From Bacteroidales bacterium (lineage in GTDB: Bacteria > Bacteroidota > Bacteroidia > Bacteroidales > WCHB1-69), in the NCBI GenBank assembly GCA_045600525.1, contig JAZRYC010000159.1, positions 1 to 61,702 on the forward strand: 61,702 nucleotides of DNA, read 5' to 3'. Shown piece after piece: positions 30,567-39,921 of the stretch. The translations under genes were made by a program, and so were the position numbers. The notes beneath the pieces were generated by a model. That model saw only the letters and a list, made by a program, of their open reading frames with translations, was not told where the DNA came from and searched no databases. Position 1 is the stretch's first letter, and every line of letters starts with the position of its first letter.

Positions 30567-32249
30567 ATGAAAAAATCAACTTTTCTTTTGATATCCCTTT
30601 GCCTTTCAATATATTCTGCATGGGGACAGGCGGAGCACTACGCCACCCACCAGAAGTTTCCGTATGCGCCAACCGCTCAGGAACACCAGATGCTGCCCAC
30701 TTGGTACGTGCATGTGCGGACGAGCACACCGCCCACGGCACCCGTGACGGCTTTGGCGGAATTTCAACCTATGGGCGGCGTGATGATAGCCTATCCGCTG
30801 GGTGTGCCTATTGACCTTGTGCGCGAACTCTCGCTCATCACCCAGGCCAAAGTGCTTGTCTATCGCGCTTCTGACAGCAACACGGTGAAAAACTATTTCC
30901 TGGCTAATGGCGTCAATACTGACAATGTGCAATATTGGGTAGTGAACCACGACTCCTACTGGACCCGCGACTATGGTCCGTGGTTCATCATCGATGGCAA
31001 TGATGAGGTTGGCGTGGTGGACTTCACCTACAATCGCCCGTCCCGCCCGCACGATGATGCCGCCCTCGTCTCCGTTACCAACAAAATGGGGATGGAACGT
31101 TACGAGATGCCTATGGTCCACACCGGCGGTAACTATATGGTGAACGGCTATGGTACGGCTGCCTCCACATCCTTGATTTTGGAAGAAAATCCCAACCAGA
31201 CAGAGGCTTCTTTAACGAATATGGCACATAATTACTTGGGTGTTGACAACTATCTCATCACCAATGATCCGTTGGGCGATTATATTGCGCATATCGACTG
31301 CTGGGGCAAGTTCTTGGCTCCTGACAAAATGCTCATCGGGCAGGTGCCTGCCAATAATCCGCGCTACTCGGAATATGAAATTGCCGCGAACCTCTTTGCC
31401 AACACACTAACAGCCTGGGGTAATCACTACCAGGTTTACAGAGTGTATGAACCGGGCAGCGGCTATTATGATACCCCTTACACGAACTCCCTGATATTGA
31501 ACGACCACGTGTTTGTGCCTGTTACGGGAACGCAATGGGATGATGACGCTATTGCCGTATATGAGCAGGCCATGCCGGGCTATACGATAGTGCCCGTTAT
31601 GGAGTCGTATTACACTCCGTGGTACAATACTGACGCATTGCATTGCCGTACGCACGAACTGGCCGACAAAGATATGTTGTATATACGTCATATTCCTGTG
31701 TTCACGGGCCAGGACGGTTGTATGGGCCAGCGGATCACGGCCACTGTCAAACCATTGAGTGGTGCCTCTTTGGTAGAGGATTCCGTGCGGGTTTTCTACC
31801 GAATCAACGAGGGTGAGTGGCAGAGTGTGCCAATGCAATATATGGGTGGTGACGACTACGAAGCGTTCATCCATGCGGATTTGCACGATGAGGTTGATTA
31901 TTATGTTTTCGCAAAAGACGAGTCGGGTAGGAGAGAGTGCCATCCGTACATCGGGGCCGCCGACCCACATCACTTTGCGGTGAACACCATGGGCATAGAC
32001 GAACACGAAGTTGCACGCCTCCAGGTTGACGTGTTCCCTAACCCAGCCACCGACCGAGTGGTGGTGCGCGGTGAGGAACTCCGAAGCGTTGAGGTTTACG
32101 ACTCTTTCGGCCGCCTTGTCGCAACGTTTGCTGCCTCAGGCACCATGCAGATGATGGACTGTGCGAACTGGCCCGCAGGCGTCTATCTTCTCAACATCAC
32201 CAACGCGCAAGGACAAAAGGTTCAGAAGAAAGTCGTGAAAGTGTTGTAG
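30567..32249 (+). CDS. Agmatine deiminase/peptidylarginine deiminase (PAD_porph) family enzyme with a T9SS C-terminal domain
   Basis: AEFQP, WTRDYGP, TGGN, HIDCW, YTNSLI, DALHC (catalytic Cys); C-terminal VFPNPATD...GVYLLNI...KKVVKV. Confidence 0.85.
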   Translation: MKKSTFLLISLCLSIYSAWGQAEHYATHQKFPYAPTAQEHQMLPTWYVHVRTSTPPTAPVTALAEFQPMGGVMIAYPLGVPIDLVRELSLITQAKVLVYRASDSNTVKNYFLANGVNTDNVQYWVVNHDSYWTRDYGPWFIIDGNDEVGVVDFTYNRPSRPHDDAALVSVTNKMGMERYEMPMVHTGGNYMVNGYGTAASTSLILEENPNQTEASLTNMAHNYLGVDNYLITNDPLGDYIAHIDCWGKFLAPDKMLIGQVPANNPRYSEYEIAANLFANTLTAWGNHYQVYRVYEPGSGYYDTPYTNSLILNDHVFVPVTGTQWDDDAIAVYEQAMPGYTIVPVMESYYTPWYNTDALHCRTHELADKDMLYIRHIPVFTGQDGCMGQRITATVKPLSGASLVEDSVRVFYRINEGEWQSVPMQYMGGDDYEAFIHADLHDEVDYYVFAKDESGRRECHPYIGAADPHHFAVNTMGIDEHEVARLQVDVFPNPATDRVVVRGEELRSVEVYDSFGRLVATFAASGTMQMMDCANWPAGVYLLNITNAQGQKVQKKVVKVL

Positions 32250-32401
32250 GATAAATAGTTAATACACTTTTTCAAATACATCATTTTTTGTCATTGTCGC
32301 AATTGGCCACAATGTAATCCGTTGCAGCAGCACATTATTCATTTGCCGTTTCATTCCAAAAATCATTAAGGCTGCCTTCTAATAATATCTCTTCCTGTTT
32401 T

Positions 32402-32686
32402 TTAAAAACTAAAAGTAAGTCCTATTCCTACCGAATTGGAAGAAGGGGTTATGGATAACTTATGCTGATTGTATCCTGCGGCAATATACTCGCGTCGAGC
32501 CAACATATAATTTGATATAGCATTCTCATCTAAAATGATAGAAAGATTCTGTTTGTCTATATTTTCTAAAGAGCCCTCATAGCGAAGATGCCCACCGTGT
32601 CTCACCATCGTTAAGGAGTTCTGTTGTGCAGCCACAGAACCGATAATAGCTACTAAAAATAATAACAAGAAAACTTTCTTTTTCAT
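32402..32686 (-). CDS. Small exported hypothetical protein, possibly internally deleted
   Basis: Signal peptide MKKKVFLL...AAQQ; C-terminal VGIGLTFSF. Confidence 0.45.
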   Translation of the reverse strand: MKKKVFLLLFLVAIIGSVAAQQNSLTMVRHGGHLRYEGSLENIDKQNLSIILDENAISNYMLARREYIAAGYNQHKLSITPSSNSVGIGLTFSF

Positions 32687-32822
32687 CGTGTTTGGTTTTA
32701 TAAATATGTTAAACAATTGATTTTTGACGGTAAAAGTACATAGTTTATTATTCGAGTAGATCGTATCTACTTATTGGGCGGCAAGTTGGAAAACAATATA
32801 TCATTCCCCAACCTCGTTCACA

Positions 32823-32891
32823 AACAAAGGAAAAATTTTCTAACAAATGACGGAAAAATTTTCCAACAAATGACGGAAAAATGTATTTTTG
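32823..32891 (+). promoter_or_regulatory. 23-bp tandem repeats abutting the -7 promoter box of the DUF4143 ATPase
   Basis: AACAAATGACGGAAAAAT at 32842 and 32865, a degenerate copy at 32823, and TATTTTTG at 32884-32891. Confidence 0.65.
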
Positions 32892-32906
32892 CCTCAAACT
32901 TCGTGT

Positions 32907-34181
32907 ATGGAAAAATATAGAAAAAGAATAGCTGATGATTTATTAGACAGAAAGTTGGCAGGAAAGGGCGCAGTGTTGATTGAGGGACCCAAGTGGTGTG
33001 GAAAAACGACAACTGCGGAACAACACGCCCAAAGTGTTGTCTATATTGATGACCCGGAGATGTTTTCTCAGTATAAAATACAAGCTGATATTCAGCCCAA
33101 AGCTCTATTGCAGGGAGAGACGCCCCGCCTGATTGACGAATGGCAAATTGTTCCTACTTTATGGGATTCCATACGATTTGAAGTAGATCATAGAGATGGA
33201 TTGGGATATTTCATTCTTACGGGTTCGTCGGTTCCAGTTCATAATGAACGAGTAAATCACTCAGGAACAGGAAGATTTGGTTGGTTGCGAATGCGTCCGA
33301 TGTCTTTGTTTGAATCGGGCGATTCGAATGGGAAGGTCAGTTTGTCGAAATTGTTTCAGGAAGAAGGTGAAATATATGCCGAGTCGAACCATTCTTTACG
33401 GGATATAGCTTATCTGATTTGTCGCGGCGGTTGGCCGAAAGCTCTAGATATGGATCCAGAATTTGCTTTGGACCAGGCATTTGATTATTGTGATGCTATA
33501 ACAAACAGAGACATATCCAAGGTTGATGATGTGAACCGAAACCCCGAAAGAGTTAAAAGACTGATGCGGTCGTATGCGCGCCTGCAGGGAGCACAATCTT
33601 CATATAAGACCATTTGTGATGATTTGGCTAATAATGAGGTTGCTGTTTTGGATGTAGATACTATTGCATCTTATATTCTTTCCCTAAAAAAAATGTTCGT
33701 AATAGAAGATGTTCCTGCTTGGAACCCCAATTTACGCTCCAAAACAGCTATCAGAACGTCAGATACGAGATATTTCACGGATCCTTCTATTGGAACAGCT
33801 ATTCTAAATTTGGGACCTGATGCTTTGATGGATGATTTATCGTCTTTGGGATTGTTTTTTGAAACACTGTGTGTGCGGGATCTGAGAACATACGCGGAAT
33901 CTATGATGGGCTCCCTTTTCCATTATCGTGATTCTTCTGGTTTGGAATGTGATGCCGTTATTCATCTTAGAAATGGGTTATACGGTTTAATCGAAATCAA
34001 ATTGGGCGGGGATTCCTTAATAGCAGAAGGTGTGAAAACGCTGACACAGCTGAAATCAAAAATAGATACGACAAAAATGAAAGAACCATCTTTTTTGATG
34101 ATTGTCACAGCGACAGGAAAATTCGCATATCGGATGAAAAATGGAATTTATATTGTTCCTATAGATTGTCTAAGACCATAA
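32907..34181 (+). CDS. AAA_14 + DUF4143 ATPase
   Basis: Walker A GPKWCGKTT, Walker B LIDEWQ, ILTGS, MRPMSL, YFTDPS, YRDSSGLECDAV, IEIKLG (PD-(D/E)xK-like). Confidence 0.9.
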   Translation: MEKYRKRIADDLLDRKLAGKGAVLIEGPKWCGKTTTAEQHAQSVVYIDDPEMFSQYKIQADIQPKALLQGETPRLIDEWQIVPTLWDSIRFEVDHRDGLGYFILTGSSVPVHNERVNHSGTGRFGWLRMRPMSLFESGDSNGKVSLSKLFQEEGEIYAESNHSLRDIAYLICRGGWPKALDMDPEFALDQAFDYCDAITNRDISKVDDVNRNPERVKRLMRSYARLQGAQSSYKTICDDLANNEVAVLDVDTIASYILSLKKMFVIEDVPAWNPNLRSKTAIRTSDTRYFTDPSIGTAILNLGPDALMDDLSSLGLFFETLCVRDLRTYAESMMGSLFHYRDSSGLECDAVIHLRNGLYGLIEIKLGGDSLIAEGVKTLTQLKSKIDTTKMKEPSFLMIVTATGKFAYRMKNGIYIVPIDCLRP

Positions 34182-34194
34182 TTATCATATTATA

Positions 34195-34866
34195 ATGAAC
34201 ATAGAAAAATACTACGAAATTAAAAATTCTCTGCCCGCTCTGGTGCAATTGATTGCCGTTTCGAAATTCAAACCGGCGGAAGATATCCAGACTTTGTACA
34301 ACGAAGGCCAACGTGCTTTCGGTGAAAATAAGGCTCAGGAAATGAAGGCCAAACACGAAATCCTGCCAAAGGACATCCAGTGGCACTTCATCGGTCACCT
34401 GCAAACCAACAAAATCAAGTACATCGCGCCCTACGTGACGATGATTCACAGCATTGACAGTGCCGAACTGCTGGGCGAGGTGAACAAGTACGCGCTCAAG
34501 AACGACCGCGTGATTCCGTGTCTGCTGCAATTCCACATTGCCGCCGAAGAAACAAAGTTCGGCTTTGACCTCCGGGAATGTGAGGAAATGCTCAACTCCG
34601 CCGATTTCCAAAACTGGAAAAACGTCCACATCTGCGGCGTGATGGGTATGGGCACGTTCACTGAAGATATGGGCCAGGTGCGCCGCGAGTTCCAACACCT
34701 GCACCAAATCTTTGACACGCTGAAGCAGAAATACTTTGCCGACGATGCAGATTTCAAAGAGCTCTCTATGGGCATGACCGACGATTATCCCATCGCGGTA
34801 GAGGAGGGGAGTACCTTCATCCGCATCGGCAGCGCCATCTTCGGAGCACGAAACTACCAGCTGTAG
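34195..34866 (+). CDS. yggS: Pyridoxal phosphate homeostasis protein YggS
   Basis: IAVSKFK, FGENKAQE, WHFIGHLQTNK, LSMGMTDDY, IRIGSAIFG. Confidence 0.95.
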   Translation: MNIEKYYEIKNSLPALVQLIAVSKFKPAEDIQTLYNEGQRAFGENKAQEMKAKHEILPKDIQWHFIGHLQTNKIKYIAPYVTMIHSIDSAELLGEVNKYALKNDRVIPCLLQFHIAAEETKFGFDLRECEEMLNSADFQNWKNVHICGVMGMGTFTEDMGQVRREFQHLHQIFDTLKQKYFADDADFKELSMGMTDDYPIAVEEGSTFIRIGSAIFGARNYQL

Positions 34867-35016
34867 TGAACGGTGACCAGTGACCAGTGAACTGAAAGGT
34901 AGATAAGTAGATGAGTAGAGAGGTAGATATGTGTGTAACCTTAAACAGTCGCCAACAAGCACGACACTTCATATACCGAGTAACTTTTCTTGAAACTTGA
35001 AACATGGAACTTGAAA
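34865..35016. repeat. Degenerate 7-bp and 8-bp microsatellite arrays between yggS and polA
   Basis: (RGTGAMC)x4 at 34865-34892, (RRGTAGAK)x4 at 34897-34928, (CWTGRAA)x4 at 34989-35016. Confidence 0.75.
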
Positions 35017-35021
35017 CTAAA

Positions 35022-37700
35022 ATGAAACCCAAACTTTTCCTAATAGACGCTATGGGCTTGATTTTCAGAGCTTATTATGCGATGATTAAAAGCCCGCGCT
35101 TCACATCCAAGGGCTTGAACACATCGGCCATTCTCGGCTTTACCAATATGTTCTATGAGTTGGTCAAAAACGAGAAGCCCACGCACATTGCCGTGGCTTT
35201 CGACACAGGCGCACCTACGTTCCGACATATTGACTATCAGGACTACAAAGCCAACCGCGAGGCCACGCCTGACGATATCATCAATTCCGTGCCGTACATT
35301 CACCGCGTGTTAGACGCATTCGGCATTATGCAAATCGGCATTGACGGCTACGAGGCCGACGACGTGGTGGGCACCCTGGCCAAACACGCTGAAATAGAAG
35401 GCTATGACGTGTTTATGGTCACGTCAGACAAAGACTACGGGCAGTTGGTGTCCGAAAACATCAAGATGTACAAGCCCGGCAAGTTCGGCCAGCCGGCTGA
35501 AATTTTAGGACCCGCCGAAATTTGCGAGAAGTTCGGCATCCAACGTCCAGAACAGGTTATCGATATCTTGGGCTTGCAGGGCGACTCCTCCGACAACATC
35601 CCCGGCGTGCCGGGCGTGGGCCCCGTGAGCGCCAAAAAACTGCTGGCCAAATACGACACCATTGAGGGTATCTATGCCTGCAATGCCAACCAGGAAAAAG
35701 AGAAACTGCAGAACTTGCTTTTGGAAAACAAAGAGCAGGCCCTCCTTTCCAAACAACTCGCCACCATTATGATTGATGTCCCGGTGGAGTGCAATTTTGA
35801 GGAGATGGCCTACAAAGGCCCCGACCCCGCAAAACTCAAAGCCATTTTCAACGAATTGGAATTCAAAGCCCTGTCACAGCGCATCTTTACAGATTTGTCG
35901 TTACAGCAACCCAAGGTCGAAATAGACCTTTTCAATCAGGATGCCGTACTCCCCGAAGAAGAAACCAAAGAGGAACCACTCATCCTCTTGCCTCAAATCG
36001 TATCCATAGACTCATCCAACTTCTCACTTCTCACTTCTCGCTTCTCACCAACTACCAATCACATCTTCTTCGACTGGATTATGCAGGACGACCGCATTGC
36101 CGGCTTTGCCTTTGCTATGGACGACCAAACCTGCTATTACCATTTTGTAGAGAGCGAGCACCGCTATTATCAGCAATTGATACAGTGGATTTTCACGGGT
36201 GACCATACAGTTGTCACGTATGAGAGCAAGCCGACGTACAAGTTTTTGAAAGTCTTCAAGGTAGAGCCGACAGTACAGATTTTTGACTTGCAGATAGCCC
36301 ATTATCTCATTCAACCGGAAAATCAGCACGGCTTGGACCGCATTACGGCTGCGTATTTTGACTATACGCCGAAAGCGGACAACAAAGAATTGCAGAATGT
36401 GGCAGTTGAGCGCGTAAGCTGCTACGTAAAACTATATCCGTTGTTGCTGCAGGAGTTGCGCGACAATCAGCTGGAATCTTTGTTTGAAAATGTTGAGATG
36501 CCGTTAGTGCCTGTTTTGGCGGAAATGGAGCGCACGGGTGTGAAGGTCGATGTGCCCACCTTGCAGAAAAACTCCGAAACGATGAACGCCGAACTCAAAG
36601 AGTTGGAAACGCAGATTTACGAATATGCCGGCGTGTCGTTTAACATCGGTTCTCCCAAGCAGTTGGGCGAAGTGCTTTTTGAGAAGATGCACATTATCGA
36701 AAATGCCAAACTGACGAAGAGCAAGCAATATCAGACGGGCGAGGAGGTGCTCTTGAAGATGGCCTCCAAGCATCCCATCGTGCCGCTGATTCTGGAGTGG
36801 CGCAAACTGTCGAAACTAAAATCCACCTATATAGATGCGCTGCCGCAGTTGATCAATCCCAAGACGGGGCGCATCCATTCCACGTTCACGCAGACCATCA
36901 CCTCCACGGGCCGGTTGAGTTCGGTGAACCCGAATTTGCAGAATATCCCGGTGCGCACTGAGCGGGGCCGCGACATTCGCAAGGCGTTTGTGGCTTCCGA
37001 CGATGAGCACATTATCTTGGCCGCCGACTATTCGCAGATAGAGTTGCGCATTGTGGCGCACGTGTGCGGTGACGAGCGCATGATTGAGACTTTCCGACGC
37101 AATGAGGATATTCACGCATCCATGGCCGCGCACATTTTCGGCGTGGCGCAGGATGAGGTCACCAAGGATATGCGCCGCTCGGCTAAAACCGTGAATTTCG
37201 GCATCCTATATGGCATCTCCGCCTTCGGCTTGGCCGACAGACTGCAGATACCGCAGGGCGAGGCACGCAAACTCATCACCGACTACTACAACAGTTTTCC
37301 GAAAATTACTGAGTACTTGAATAATACGTTGGAGTTTGCCCGCGAGAACCTGTACGTGGAAACACTTTTGGGACGTCGTCGCTACATTCGTGACATTAAC
37401 GCGCAAAACGGACTGCTGCGCAAGGCCGCAGAGCGAAACGCCATCAACGCGCCTATCCAGGGAACTGCTGCCGACCTCATCAAGATTGCGATGGTGACCA
37501 TCCAACACGACATTGACGAGCGTCACCTGCGGAGCCGAATGATTTTGCAAGTGCACGATGAATTGGTGTTTGACGCACGCAAAGACGAATTGGAGGAACT
37601 CACCCAGATTGTACGCGAGCGAATGAGTGGCTCTATGCAGCTCTCCGTTCCGTTGGATGTGGATATCAATTTCGGCACAAGTTGGTTTGAAGCGCATTGA
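35022..37700 (+). CDS. polA: DNA polymerase I
   Basis: 5'-3' exonuclease motifs LIDAMG, YKANR, EADD, GDSSDNIPG; polymerase motifs TGRLSS, DYSQIELR, AKTVNFGILYG, QVHDEL. Confidence 0.97.
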   Translation: MKPKLFLIDAMGLIFRAYYAMIKSPRFTSKGLNTSAILGFTNMFYELVKNEKPTHIAVAFDTGAPTFRHIDYQDYKANREATPDDIINSVPYIHRVLDAFGIMQIGIDGYEADDVVGTLAKHAEIEGYDVFMVTSDKDYGQLVSENIKMYKPGKFGQPAEILGPAEICEKFGIQRPEQVIDILGLQGDSSDNIPGVPGVGPVSAKKLLAKYDTIEGIYACNANQEKEKLQNLLLENKEQALLSKQLATIMIDVPVECNFEEMAYKGPDPAKLKAIFNELEFKALSQRIFTDLSLQQPKVEIDLFNQDAVLPEEETKEEPLILLPQIVSIDSSNFSLLTSRFSPTTNHIFFDWIMQDDRIAGFAFAMDDQTCYYHFVESEHRYYQQLIQWIFTGDHTVVTYESKPTYKFLKVFKVEPTVQIFDLQIAHYLIQPENQHGLDRITAAYFDYTPKADNKELQNVAVERVSCYVKLYPLLLQELRDNQLESLFENVEMPLVPVLAEMERTGVKVDVPTLQKNSETMNAELKELETQIYEYAGVSFNIGSPKQLGEVLFEKMHIIENAKLTKSKQYQTGEEVLLKMASKHPIVPLILEWRKLSKLKSTYIDALPQLINPKTGRIHSTFTQTITSTGRLSSVNPNLQNIPVRTERGRDIRKAFVASDDEHIILAADYSQIELRIVAHVCGDERMIETFRRNEDIHASMAAHIFGVAQDEVTKDMRRSAKTVNFGILYGISAFGLADRLQIPQGEARKLITDYYNSFPKITEYLNNTLEFARENLYVETLLGRRRYIRDINAQNGLLRKAAERNAINAPIQGTAADLIKIAMVTIQHDIDERHLRSRMILQVHDELVFDARKDELEELTQIVRERMSGSMQLSVPLDVDINFGTSWFEAH
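36019..36046 (+). repeat. Heptamer microsatellite (RCTTCTC)x4 inside polA
   Basis: ACTTCTC ACTTCTC ACTTCTC GCTTCTC, encoding NFSLLTSRFS in the interdomain region. Confidence 0.8.
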
Positions 37701-37742
37701 GTTTCAGGTTTCAAGATGTGACTATGTAAACCTTGACACCTT

Positions 37743-37764
37743 GTAGGGACGCATCAATGCGTCC
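37743..37764 (+). repeat. GTAG-type REP palindrome
   Basis: GTAG-GGACGCAT-CA-ATGCGTCC. Confidence 0.7.
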
Positions 37765-37845
37765 GCAGAAAGTTTCAAGTTAGTCCTTTGTAAAATCAAA
37801 GGTTATATTGTTAGAACATATATACATACGTCCGTAAAAAACATT

Positions 37846-37880
37846 AGAGGTGAGAAACAACATATCCATTTCTCACCTCT
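37846..37880. terminator. Hairpin between the convergent polA and ssb genes
   Basis: 12-bp stem AGAGGTGAGAAA/TTTCTCACCTCT. Confidence 0.55.
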
Positions 37881-37918
37881 TTAATTTTTAAAGGGATTGT
37901 CTCTTTTAGTCTTGTTAT

Positions 37919-38095
37919 GAGATTCCTTCACTCCGCTGCGCTTCGTTCGGAATGACGATGTCATCGTTTGTCAAGAAGTGGCGGCGGCGGAAAGTGACAA
38001 AATTAAAGCACGAAAGTGGTGCCGCCGCAGTGCTGATTCCTGCCGAATGCACGTCATTCCGAACATCCGACGATAGGAGGATGTGAAGGAATCTC
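37919..38095. repeat. Nested palindromic element formed by two inverted GTCATTCCGAAC...GTGAAGGAATCTC units
   Basis: Units at 37919-37956 (minus) and 38053-38095 (plus); inner inverted pair GCGGCGGC/GCCGCCGC. Confidence 0.7.
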
Positions 38096-38131
38096 TACAA
38101 GATGCAACGGGGTAATTAACCTTTTTAATTA

Positions 38132-38578
38132 TTAGAACGGCAGATCATCAGTTGCTTCAGGCACAGACTCGTAGGTAGGTTCGGGAACAGGGGTCATTGT
38201 GGAATTATTCTGCACTTGCGTTACCACAGGCTGACTCGCGTCATTTTCTCCCTTCGGAGTGAGAATGGTGAAGGTGCTTGCCTCAATTTCCGTAATGAAA
38301 TGTTTGATTCCATTGTCTTCCCAACTGCGGGAACGGAGTTTGCCCTCAAGGTAGATCATTTTACCTTTGTTGAGGTACTTTTCGGCATTTTCTGCAAGAT
38401 TGCGCCAGCATACGATGTTGTGCCATTCCGTCAACTCTATGCGGTTTCCGTCTTTGTCTTTGCGATATTCGGAAGTTGCCAATGTGAAGGATGCTTTTTT
38501 TACTCCGTTTTCGAAGGTTCTAATGTCGGGATCCTTGCCTAACCGACCCAGTAAGATAACTTTATTTACTCCTGACAT
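38132..38578 (-). CDS. ssb: Single-stranded DNA-binding protein
   Basis: VNKVILLGRLGKDP, TEWHNIV, EGKLRSRSW, C-terminal DDLPF. Confidence 0.97.
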   Translation of the reverse strand: MSGVNKVILLGRLGKDPDIRTFENGVKKASFTLATSEYRKDKDGNRIELTEWHNIVCWRNLAENAEKYLNKGKMIYLEGKLRSRSWEDNGIKHFITEIEASTFTILTPKGENDASQPVVTQVQNNSTMTPVPEPTYESVPEATDDLPF

Positions 38579-38669
38579 AATTTTTTTGTTTTTTAATAGT
38601 TCGCGGCAAAAATATTCAAATTTAAAAAGTGTTTATATACTATTAAGCAATATTAACACAACTTTATTT

Positions 38670-39698
38670 TTATTTGTTAAAACCGGGTTTGTAATAAGAT
38701 TCTTTGAGGATTTCCTGGGCGTTGGAAATAAGCATTAATTCTTTCAAGGTGGTTTCGGGATGGTTGCGCATGTAGTTTTGAACGATATGCCAGCCAATAT
38801 ACGATCCGATTCTTCCTGGGGAGTCATTGCCAAACTCGCGAGTGAATGGAGTCTCATCAATAAAGCGCCGAACCATGTCTTCGTCTTTGGAATAGAGGAC
38901 GTTTTTTTCCATAAAGTACTGCCATACATGCGCTTCGTTTTTTTTCGCCCATTCGTATTTTTCCTTGCTGTAGCCTATGATATCCTCTTGTGAAACGTCT
39001 GGAAACATAGTCTGCGTAAAAAAGAGTTTTTTCCCCTCATCCACCATATTATCCAACACGGTAACCAGTGTTTTGTCAGATAAATGTTTATATGCCAAAA
39101 CCTTGGTAAAACAGTCGGTGGCGATGAATTTGCGTTCGCAGCGGGCGGCGATAAAGCGCGGCATGCCCGCATAACTATAGTATTTGAAATCTTTGCCCAA
39201 ATACATGTCCAAATTGACGAACAATTGTTGGTCATATTCCCATACGGAGGGCATACTGAAATCCAATCCAGAAATCATTGTATAGAAAGTGGGAATCGTA
39301 TCGTCTGGAAAATGGGAAAGATATATTTTCAAGGCATCCTCTAATTGCTTTTGAATATCGGACAGGTTTCCGTATTGTTTTTGCGTCTCCTTATAAATGG
39401 CCTTAATGGTAGGATCGGCAAGATATCCCTGTAAGGCCTTCATCATCTGTTCGTTTTTCCAACTATCCTTGGCGATGAGGATTTCGGGAACCTGCCCATA
39501 TAGCTTTTCCACTCCCTTGGAAAGATTATTCGGATCCAAGGAAAAAAGCTGTTGTTCGTAGCGGATGAAGGAAACCTGCACATTCTTCACTTTGGCCTGT
39601 TGCTCGGTGGAGAGTTTGGGAGCCGCAACCTTTTCTTTCTTATGGCATCCACAACAGACCACGACTAAGAAAAGTAAAAAAATGGATAGTTTTTTCAT
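38670..39698 (-). CDS. gldB: GldB-like lipoprotein
   Basis: Lipoprotein signal; RYEQQLF, LDMYLG, PFT...SPGRIGSYIGWHIVQNYM, YKP near the C-terminus. Confidence 0.8.
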   Translation of the reverse strand: MKKLSIFLLFLVVVCCGCHKKEKVAAPKLSTEQQAKVKNVQVSFIRYEQQLFSLDPNNLSKGVEKLYGQVPEILIAKDSWKNEQMMKALQGYLADPTIKAIYKETQKQYGNLSDIQKQLEDALKIYLSHFPDDTIPTFYTMISGLDFSMPSVWEYDQQLFVNLDMYLGKDFKYYSYAGMPRFIAARCERKFIATDCFTKVLAYKHLSDKTLVTVLDNMVDEGKKLFFTQTMFPDVSQEDIIGYSKEKYEWAKKNEAHVWQYFMEKNVLYSKDEDMVRRFIDETPFTREFGNDSPGRIGSYIGWHIVQNYMRNHPETTLKELMLISNAQEILKESYYKPGFNK

Positions 39699-39921
39699 AG
39701 AAAAACGACTTTGAAACGGCCGCAAAAATAATTATTTTTAGTGTTGAAATTTTTGTTTTACATAAAAAAAATGTATCTTCGCACGCTTTTTTTGTATATT
39801 GTGAAGTAGTATATATCGCTCAAATCAACAACTTGTCCTACTCTTTCCCCTTTTTGATACACGATATAATTTAAACATAAATAAAGTAATAAATATATAG
39901 TATTAATTAAAACAATTTGTT

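Noticed and set aside
34159-34962. 267-aa minus-strand ORF
   Set aside because: It is antisense to the clearly identified yggS and starts within microsatellite DNA.
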